DNA from: Antechinus flavipes
Lineage: Eukaryota
Assembly (NCBI RefSeq): GCF_016432865.1
Contig: NC_067402.1
Location: 2,046,001 to 2,110,000 of the forward strand
Length of the DNA stretch: 64,000 nt
Reading direction: 5' to 3'
The position numbers and the translations under genes were made by a program. Within the stretch, counting starts at the first letter, position 1; every line of letters starts with the position of its first letter. A model generated the notes under the pieces. The model was given only the letters and a program-made list of their open reading frames with translations, was not told where the DNA came from and ran no database searches. Of this stretch, positions 1-9,400 are shown piece after piece.

Positions 1-1130
1 CCAGTAAGTATGGGAGGGAGTATTTGACTTCAAGTCTTCTCCCTTCTGATCCTTTCTAGACTGTACTAGGCAGCCTTACTTAACTAGCTGATACTTCCCT
101 AGGGAACTACCCAGGTTCCCATTGCGACCAGCCCTCGTGTCAGAGCTTTTCATCTGACACGAACAAATTGGGTGCCAATTTGTGGGGATTCTTATTCTTT
201 GGCAATTAGGTGTCGGATGCTGCTAGAAAGTGGGCCACGACACTCTCAAGTGTGGTCCAAACTAGAGTGAAATGTCGTTCCTTTCTAAATTTAATTGGTG
301 ATGTCTTGATTTGTAAAAAGGAGAGAAATCTATAGACATGTGGTTTTCTACATCAATTTGTAGCTCTTAGGGACCTTAATGTGCAGTTTCATGGCCCCTG
401 ATTCCATTTGAGTTTGACAAGAATGTTCTAGCTCCTTGTTCCCACCCAAAGCTTCTGAAAATTCTTTGTCTGACACCGGTTGGAATGTTGCCACCAAGTC
501 CCCTTACAAGCATCCAACTCACAAAGCTCAGAAAAGAAATCCATGTGTTGACAAAGGGAAGAGCTTGTTCGGAAGATCCAAGTCAAAGCTCATAGCGATG
601 CTCCCAGAGGAACAAAGCCTTCCCCGGAGGCTAGTTAAACGATGGCTCCCGTGTCCATATAGTTTCTTCCTGGGCGTCTCTTCCCTTTTTGGTGTTTCTT
701 CCTTGCAGTTCCCCTCATGGCCCAGGAGAAAGTGCCCAAGGTCCTCATTCTGGGGAACAAATCCACCCAAAGTATCTCCCCTTGCCCTTCTTTGGTATTC
801 TCCCTCTCTATGTCCCAGGGCAGGTAGTCACCTCTCATGAGCTCTTCCTCAAAGGGAGGAAAGGGCTTTCTGAGTCCCCCGGTCCTGGCCAGGGACTGCC
901 CCACCCCTAAGTACCCTTCTCTTGCTCCCATGTAATGTCCTCTGGATATCTCTTCAGAGGTTCCAATTCGACCATCTTTTTGCCTCAGCAAGAGGAAGGG
1001 AGCAAGGCCAACCTTTACCAGAACCCACTTCCTGTAGTCTCTCACAGGCTCACCCTTAAAACTTCTGGGAGAATTCACACCAACATCTCTTTCATTTTCT
1101 GCGGTCCCACCTGACTTCCCATGATCCTGC
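1..1130 (-). mobile_element. Possible decayed Gypsy/LTR-retroelement gag-pro relic
   Basis: Minus-strand frames give a DTGA protease-like motif (RNYMDTGAIV*, ending at 635) and a GHF-containing knuckle-like segment upstream. Many stops and frameshifts; weak resemblance only. Confidence 0.25.
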
Positions 1131-1574
1131 AACAGCTGAAATGGGAGAGATCCGAGGGAAAGCCGCCCTCAGCAGCGCAGGAAGAACAATTGGGCTTTTG
1201 TGATCCCTATTTTCCTTCACATATTTGTTTAGGATAAATGGTGCTGGTGATCTCATCTCCTCATCGTTGTGAAGTCCAACTAAAAACTATCTGGGGACAA
1301 GTCACTATCCTGCTATTATTTCTTGATGTTCAAAAGATTATTGTGGAGTTGAATAAAACAGCTGCTCTTTCCTAAGCAAACAAAATGACTGGGCTGTAAG
1401 TTCATCATTTTCAGGCTTTCTGACAGCACTTCCGACCCACCTCCCACAGCCGGCAGAATCATGTTTTCCTCATCTTTCTCCCAGTGGTTTTCTATCATCT
1501 GCTAAGTCTCTGCTTAGAAAATGGATTATCCTTTGCAGTTTAGAACTTGTGAGTATTTGGTATGGCAACATGGA

Positions 1575-1745
1575 ACAGGTGATAGAGTGCTGGAATGATA
1601 GCGTCGGGGTGATCTGAATTCAAATCCATCCTCAGACATTTACTCGATAAGTGGCCCTAGGCAAGTCACTTTAGCTCTCAGTCTCAGTTTCCTTATCTGC
1701 AAAATAGGGCCAATAACAATCCCTACATCACAGAGTTGTAGACAA
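1575..1745 (+). mobile_element. MIR/CORE-type SINE
   Basis: B-box-like GAATTCAAATCC, core GGCAAGTCACTT...CTCAGTTTCCTTATCTGCAAAATAGG and a tail TTTGTAAAGC, typical of MIR-family SINEs. Confidence 0.8.
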
Positions 1746-2170
1746 TAATTTGTAAAGCCCTTTATATCCTTCAAGTGTTGAATACATGCTAGCTATCATC
1801 CTGGCAACATTGGAGACAATATCTGTAAAGTCCTTTCTACCCTTAAAGTGCTGAATACATTCTAGCTATCATCCTGGCGACATTGTAGACTATTTGTCAA
1901 GGCCTTTATACCTTTAAAGTGTTGAATACATTCTAGCTATCTTCCTGGCGACATTGTAGACAATATCTGTAAAGCCCTTTATACCCTTAAAGTGCTGAAT
2001 ATATTCTAGCTATCTTCCTGGCGACATTGTAGACAATATCTGTAAAGCCCTTTCTACCCTTAAAGTGCTGAATACATGCTAGCTATCATCCTGGCAACAC
2101 TGTAGACAATATTTGTAGTCTTTATATCCTTAAAGTGTTAAATACATGCTATCCTCCTTGCAACATTTAT
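1735..2170 (+). repeat. 73-bp minisatellite, about 6 copies, derived from the SINE tail
   Basis: CTGGC(A/G)ACA recurs at 1801, 1874, 1945, 2018 and 2091 (period 71-73). Confidence 0.9.
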
Positions 2171-2229
2171 TTAGAATGTTATTGCAAGTGTTGCGATGTT
2201 TGACAACAATTTAGTAGACTAGGATAGTC

Positions 2230-2900
2230 TCAAACATAGATGGAACTGAGTCAAATTTGTAAAGAAAAGAAAAAAAAAAGCAAAAGCAATAAGAGAACTG
2301 ATAATTGGTCAAAACATTTGAGGAGTTTTCAGTAGAAGAAATCAAAATTATCAATAGTCACAAGAAAAACTCTAAATGATGAATGACTAGAGAAATGTAA
2401 CTTAAAACACCTCAGAAGTACTCTTATCGCACCCATCAGATTGGCTAATATGACAGAAAGGAAAAATGACCAACGCTAGAGGGGATATGGGAAAAGTGGG
2501 CCACTGATAACTCTGTTGACAGAGTTGTGAACTGATCCAAGCATTCTGGAGAGCAATTTGGAACAAGGCTCTGTGCACAAACAAGACAGAACAACTGTCT
2601 GTGCCCTTTGAGCTAGGAGCACCACTACTAAATCTGTCACCCAAAGAGAACAACTTCCCTTGCAAACAGACTTATAGAGCTCTTTTGGCGACCGAGGGGA
2701 TGCTTGTCAGTTGGGGGTCGCCTCAGTAAGGATTGTGATGGAAAACCATCTTGCCAGGAGAAGTGAGCCGATGTAAAGTGACGTGAGCAAAACCAAGGGG
2801 ACAATTTGAGCAAAAAGAACGATATTATCGCCACAAAAAGCTTTAAAAGACTTCAGAATTGTGACCGACACGGTGGGATCGGTAATTCTAGAGGACCGGA
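2230..2900 (+). mobile_element. L1 ORF2 3' end / 3'UTR fragment
   Basis: CACCCATCAGATTGGCTAATATGACAGAAAGGAAAATGA...CATTCTGGAGAGCAATTTGGAAC matches the marsupial L1 3' region as recalled. Confidence 0.85.
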
Positions 2901-2964
2901 AGAAGAAATCTGGGGCCCACATCCTTCTGGAGATCGGAGGGACCCAGAGGGCAGATTGAAGCAC

Positions 2965-3200
2965 ACGTGCACTGCGACACACACTCACATCACAGCGCAC
3001 ACACACCACCCACCCCGTAATGCACGCGCACACACACAGCAACCGCATGTGCACAATCACTGCCACAGCATTTGCACACACCACACATACCCAACACACG
3101 CACATGCACAGCACACCATCTGCACAGCACACACGTTCCAGGGCCCACCCCACCCGTGTGCACGCATGTCTGCTCCCACACCATGCGTACTTATGCATAC
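2965..3200. repeat. Degenerate (CA)/(CACG)-rich simple repeat
   Basis: Alternating purine-pyrimidine CA-rich tract seen directly. Confidence 0.85.
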
Positions 3201-4399
3201 GCGCGTCCCCTCCCCCTGGGCGGGTCAGCGTGGCCATTTGTTTCATTTCACTAGAAGTATTCGTAGTGGGTTTTGTTTTTTCTTGCTTTCTCAGTGGCTG
3301 GAGGAGGGAAATGGAAGAGAGAGAATTCAGAACTGAAAAGAAACTTGAATTAAAAAGAAAAAAGTTAACTTCTGACCCATAATCCAGGCTAATTTGGTGT
3401 TTATTTTGTTATTTGTTTCTTATGGCTACCACAGTGCAAACGGAACCCTCGTGATTGAGGCGTCAAATTCTGGTGGACAAATTATCCCAACAGAGTAGTT
3501 CCAGCGAAAGGAGGTTACGTCACCTATTCAATGTTTTTAAAGACACAAAATGTGAGCTCTGCCCTATGTCAGTAGGTTGAATTATATTCTTAGGGAAATG
3601 AACAGAAATAAATGTTTAATTTTTTTCAGCAAACATTTCTCGAATATGCAGATGGGGGGGGCGCTAATGCTTTGGGGGCAGCCCGGAGACCTGCCACGCT
3701 GAAGGACCCGCCGGGGAAAGCCTTGGCCCGAGCCCCCTTGTTTGGCTGGTGGCTCTCCTAGCCTCGATCCCCGGCCTCTGTCTTCTCTGAGCCGGCCCGG
3801 GACCTTTTGCGACCATTCCCACAGACTGCCCCTCGGCAGGGCTCGGCCAGACCGGCTTGGGAATGGTTTGGGCACCCCCTGGTGGACACTGCCCGAAGGG
3901 CCCCGGCTGGGGCCTTCCGAGCTGGGCGCCCCCCCCCGGCCGTGTTCCGCACTTCCAGGACCCGCAGGCACGGGCTCAGGCGGCGAGAGGAAGCCGGACG
4001 TGAAGGACCCTCCCCGGATAGGAGCTACGGGTCGCGCTCGCGGCGCCTCCTCTGCTTCCGCCCTCGCGGGTGAACATTTGTGGAGCACTAGGCTCAGGAA
4101 TGACTCCCCGGGGTCGGCGCCGCAGCCGAGCAGGAGGGGGGTGGGGTGAGATGGGGGGAGCCACCTGTGGCCGGAGGCAGGAGAAGGGGGGCGGGGACAG
4201 TGGGCTCTCCCGCGCATCAGGTCCAACAGACTCAAAGCGGGAAACTGAGGCCCCGGCTCGTTCCTGACCACGAAGTCTGGGGAGGGCCCCGCGGGCCAGC
4301 CCGGACTCTGTGGGGTCCTTTAGGGGTCACACTGTCCCCAGTCCCCCATCCTCCGCATCAGTCTCGGGGCTAAGCCGGGGTACTGGAGCTCGTGGGACC

Positions 4400-4740
4400 G
4401 ATCCGGGGGCGGGGCCACAGGTGGGGCCTGGAGATGAGGAAGCGCTCTAGGCGGGCTTGGGGGCGGGGTCTAGAGCAAGGAGAAGCGCGTGGGCGGACCA
4501 TGGGGCGGGGTCTGGAGCAGGGGTGGATACAGGATAGGATCCGGATCGAGGGGTGGGACCCAGAGGGGCGGGTACAGACCCCGACTGATCCAACCAAGGA
4601 GAATCCGACAGGAAAGAAGGAAGTGAGCATGCGCAGAGGGATGTGATCGGGCGGGTGCGCATGTTCGATGACCTCTAGGGCCCTTTCAGCTTCCGTAGTG
4701 GACTGAGCGCATGCGCAGAGGCTCCGGAGACAATCGGGTT
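4400..4740 (+). promoter_or_regulatory. MIOS CpG-island promoter with Sp1 and NRF1 motifs
   Basis: GGGGCGGGG boxes near 4407, 4461 and 4502; NRF1-type GCATGCGCA 4627-4635, TGCGCATG 4656-4663 and palindromic GCGCATGCGC 4707-4716, directly upstream of a CAG/GTGAGC donor. Confidence 0.75.
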
Positions 4741-4818
4741 ACAGAGTGTAAGGCAGCTGAACTGGTTGTGGAGCTTGTCGTTTCCAGGCTCCGCCGGATC
4801 CCGGAGCTGCTGCTTCAG
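4720..4818 (+). other. MIOS: Probable non-coding first exon of MIOS (5' end approximate)
   Basis: Strong donor CAG/GTGAGC at 4819 downstream of the promoter motifs. The human gene has non-coding 5' exons. Likely acceptor TCCAG at 5151-5155. Confidence 0.55.
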
Positions 4819-5186
4819 GTGAGCCCGGGAGGGTGGCTGTGGAACCCCGAATTGGGCCCAGAATCACGGGGCTCCGGGTCGGGCTCGCCGCTGTCTGGCC
4901 GGGGACCCGGAGAGCTTTCTGGAGCCGTTGCTCCCAGCCTCGCCCCCTGCCCGGACCCCCCCGTTCCAGGCCGGGCTCCCCTCGGCTCGGGCCCCTCACC
5001 TGCCGGCCCTGACGCCGGCCCCGTTGGGAGCAGCCCGCACTGAGGGAGCTCCTGCGGGCCCAGCGCCGGCCGTGGGGAGCAGAGCCCGGCCTCCTCTGCG
5101 GCCTCGCTGCCCCGTTCCCCGCCCGGCCGGCCCGGGGCTTTGAGCGGGGGTCCAGCGTGAGGCCGGTATCGGCCCCGCCCCTCGCC

Positions 5187-6483
5187 ATGAGCGGCTCCAA
5201 GCCGGACATCCTGTGGGCCCCGCACCAGCTGGACAGGTTCGTGGTGTGCGACTCGGAGCTGAGCCTGTACCAGGTGGAGCCGGCGGGCAGCTCGGAGCTG
5301 AAGGCGGGCTCCCTGCGGCTGTCGGAGGACACGGCGGCCACGCTGCTCTCCATCAACTCGGACACCCCGTACATGAAGTGCGTGGCCTGGTACCTGAGCT
5401 ACGACCCCGAGTGCCTGCTGGCCGTGGGCCAGGCCAACGGGCGCGTGGTGCTCACCAGCCTGGGCCAGGACCACAACTCCAGGTTCAAGGAGCTGATAGG
5501 GAAGGAGTTCGTGCCCAAGCACGCGCGGCAGTGCAACACCCTGGCCTGGAACCCGCTGGACAGCAACTGGCTGGCGGCCGGCCTGGACAAGCACCGCGCC
5601 GACTTCTCCGTGCTCATCTGGGACATCTGCAGCAAGTACAGCCCCGAGGCCGCGCTTCCCCTGGAGAAAGTCAGGCTGTCGGCCGGGGACGCGGACGCGG
5701 GCTTGGTGGTGACCAAGCCCCTGTACGAGCTGGGCCAGAACGACGCCTGCCTGTCCCTCTGCTGGCTGCCGCGCGACCAGAAGCTCCTCCTGGCCGGCAT
5801 GCACAGGAACCTGGCCATTTTCGACCTGCGGAACACCAGCCAGAAGATGTTCGTCAACACCAAGGCCGTCCAGGGCGTGATGGTGGACCCCCACTTCCAC
5901 GACCGCGTGGCCTCCTTCTACGAGGGCCAGGTGGCCATCTGGGACCTCCGGAAGTTCGAGAAGCCCGTGCTGACCCTGACGGAGCAGCCCAAGCCTCTGA
6001 CCAAGGTGGCCTGGTGCCCCACGAGGACGGGGCTGCTGGCCACGCTCACCAGGGACAGCGACATCATCCGGCTGTACGACATGCAGCACACGCCCACGCC
6101 CATCGCCGACGAGACGGAGCCCACCATCATCGAGCGCAGCGTGCAGCCCTGCGACAATTACATCGCCTCCTTCGCCTGGCACCCCACCAGCCAGAACCGC
6201 ATGATCGTGGTGACGCCCAACCGCACCATGTCCGACTTCACCGTGTTCGAGCGGATCTCCCTGGCCTGGAGCCCCGTCACCTCCCTGATGTGGGCCTGCG
6301 GCCGGCACCTCTACGAGTGCACCGAGGAGGGCAGCGACCCCGCCGCGGACAAGGACATCGCCACCAAGATGCGCCTGCGGGCCCTGTCCCGCTACGGCCT
6401 GGACACCGAGCAGGTCTGGAGGAACCACGTGTTAGCCGGCAACGAGGACCCCCAGCTGAAGTCCCTCTGGTACACGCTCTACT
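5187..6483 (+). CDS. MIOS: MIOS coding exon 1 (WD40 propeller), 1297 nt
   Basis: GCCATGA start at 5187; ends at the U12 donor ATATCCTTT (6484). Confidence 0.96.
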
Positions 6484-9400
6484 ATATCCTTTGAAGTGAA
6501 AGCCGCCCGGCGTCTGGGGAAGGGCCCGGCCGCCAGCGCCGTCTGGACGGCCGGGACACGCCGTGCTGCCCTTGGTGTGGGGGAGGGAGCGAGGGGTCTA
6601 GTCAAGGCCGCAGCCCCGACTCCGGTTCCGTCCCGAAAAGGAGGCTTCTTCCAGGCCAGCCTTAGTGTTTCCTATGCATTTCAATACTCATGAAGCAGTA
6701 TACGGAGGATTTGGACCCGAAGTCTCCAGGCCACAAAGGGTCGCTGGTTTATGCCGGTATCAAGACCATCGTGAAGTCGTCTTTGGGTAAGGACGACCCT
6801 CTCTGTGGCAAAGTCACTTAATGCTCCGGAGGACTTGGGGGGCTTGGATTTAGCTTTTTGAGTTAAGGAGTTGGGGAGCGCTTCTCCCAGAGCAGCGTTT
6901 TTGAGGGGCGGCTGGCTGGCAGTGGGCCCTCCAGCTCCTTAGTCCTCCGCGGCCCCGCCCGACGCACCCTCATTCGGGCGGCCGAGCCCGCAGGCGGGGC
7001 GCGCTTGGTGATTGGCCCTGAGGGCAGCAGCCCTCCTCCCCTGCCTCAGGCCGGGCTGTTGTGGCCAGTCCTAACAGGAGACTCCTTTTCCATATGAGAA
7101 TTAACAAGAATTAAGAAAGATTTAAAAGAAATTTACAATTTTCTATTAAGGAGGGTTCCCAGTCAGTCCTGGTATCGCCCTTATGGAGGGAGGCAGTAGG
7201 TCAGTGCACAGCAAGCCACAAGTTCTGGGGCCCTCCTTTCTCTACCCCCCAGGGCTTGGTTTATTTTTTACATCAGTGAATTTGTTGAAGAAAAGCACTT
7301 GATTTTCAAACAGCTCCCCCTCCCCCTCCCACCTCCTGGGTGAGGCTGCTGAGCCCCAGGCCTCCCTCCTCCAAGGTCCAGGTGGTAATTAGGGCCATTC
7401 CCCCGCCCCCTAATGACAGGGCTGCCCAGGGTTCCCAAGCTCCAGGAAGGGGAGGCCCGGCCTTCAGAGCTCGGCTGACACAGGAAGTGGGGGAGGGGGC
7501 GGAGGTCACCGCGGGGGTGTCGGCGGTGCCCCCGACAGCGTGCCCCCCCTCCTCCAGGCATGGCAGAGACTGGCAGCAGACACACCTGGAGCGGGGCCCC
7601 CGAGAAGCCCAGCGAGGGCCCGAGCCTGAGCGAGGAGAGAATCCTGGCCTTGCAGCTCTGTGGCTGGATAAACAAGGGGACGGACGTGGACGTGGGCCCC
7701 TTCCTCAGCTCCCTCGTGCAGGAGGGAGAATGGGAGCGAGCGGCCGCCGTGGCCTTGTTCAACCTGGACATCCGGCGCGCCATCCAGATCCTGAACGAGG
7801 GGGCCTCCTCCGAGAAAGGTATTGGCCCAGCCCGTGGTGGGGGTCGGGGCCTGGGTCGTGGGGGTCCCCGGGGAGTCTGAATATCCTCTCCTGCCCCTCC
7901 GAGAGTCCCAGGCTGCTGTCGGGGGCGGGCAGAGAGTGAGGGCATTTACACTCACCTGGACCTGAAGGAGTCTGAGTGGGAGGAAGGGGTTCAGAGGTGG
8001 GAGGATGGCCCGACTTGACATGGCAGAGAAAGCCCTTGGAGCTGGAGGGGTCCCGGATGCTGAGGGCCCCCTGCGGGGTGGGGCTGGGGGCTGCTGGAGG
8101 GGAGAGAGACGACCGCCCACCTCATTTTAGAAAGGCATCTGTCAGCTCCTGGCAGCCCCCAGCCTCCCGAGGACCCCGTCCAAGCATCCTCCGCGTGGCG
8201 TCGTATACCGTGGAGCCCGGCGGGCTGTGGGGCAGGGGCATTCGGGGGGCTCGGGCCCTTGCTGACCAGGGCTGTTTCTGGCACGTAGGCGACCTGAACC
8301 TCAACGTGGTAGCCATGGCCTTGTCGGGGTACACAGACGAGAAGAACTCCCTCTGGAGGGAGATGTGCAGCACCCTGCGGCTGCAGCTCAGCGACCCCTA
8401 CCTCTGCGTCATGTTCGCCTTTCTGACGAGCGAGCCCGGCTCCTACGACGGCGTCTTGGTGAGCTCCGGGGGCTGCTCCCTTGGGGGTCGCCCTTCACTC
8501 GGCCCCCATTTTGGGTCTGGTGGAGTGAGCCTCCTGCACGTGGTGGTGGGTCTCGGGTGCCCAGCCAGAACGGCTCCCACTCATGACCCCATCTGTGAAT
8601 CGGCCAGTGAGTGGGGCCGGCCTCCGGCGCCTTGCCCGGCTTCTCGGATCCGTGCCCGGCACTCACCCCGCCCCGGCAGGACTCCTAGCAATCCTTGGCC
8701 CGGTGCCCCCAGAAGGGATGGCCTGGCCTGCGGAGAGCCACCCAGGAGGCAAAGCCGCCCCTTCTCGGGGAGCAGTCTGACCGGCCTCCGGCCCCCTCTC
8801 CATGAGGGGCCGGGCTGCTCTCGGCCAGTGTGGCTGCCGTGTGCTTCGTGCCTGCTCCCTCCCGATGGCCTTCTCAGACTGGGAGGCGATGGAGTGGGAG
8901 AGGAAAGAGGCCCCGTGCTCCCCTTCCGAGACAGGGGGTCTCCTCCTGCTCAGCCCGGTGACTCCTGACCCCTTGCGGGGATCTTTTGACCCTAGCCGCT
9001 TGCCCGCTCTGCCCCTCAGCTTGTGCTTCTGCAAGCAGGGCGTGAGTAACCCTTGGGGTGACTGTCTCCCAGGGCGCCCGTCGGGCTCAGAGGTCGGGCC
9101 TGGAAGGGCTCCTGCCCCCGTGGTCGCCTCTCGCCTTCTATAAAGCGAAGGGGGCCTGGACGGCGCGGCCGCTCTGATCCCTCTCAGCAACACAAAAGTC
9201 CAGTCCAGTCCCAGGCAGGGAAGTGACCCTCTTCCGAGGGGGCGTCCCGTAGGAAGCCAGGCCTCTCGATGGCGCCTTGGGGGGCTGTGCCCTCGCCGCC
9301 CCGTTCAGTCTGTCCCCGTCAGACCCAAGGCGCCGCCGAGCCCCGGTCCTGGCCTGAGTGCGCCTGCGGAGGGCAGCGTGCTGACCACAAGCAGACCCCG

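Noticed and set aside
2707-3336. Hydrophobic, GPCR-looking and His/Thr-rich ORFs
   Set aside because: They translate an L1 3' fragment and a CA-rich repeat.
1-4400. COL28A1 5' exons expected by synteny on the minus strand
   Set aside because: No signal-peptide or vWA-coding exon recognised. The AT-rich patch at 3240-3640 (with TTACGTCA and a possible minus-strand donor) is too weak to call.
5157-5186. N-terminal extension of MIOS in the ORF track
   Set aside because: It begins at GTG; homology starts at the ATG at 5187.
4815-6428. 537-aa minus-strand ORF and the 428-aa alternative plus frame (5213-6499)
   Set aside because: Shadow ORFs of the MIOS exon; near-total GC3 removes stops from other frames. 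No recognisable protein.
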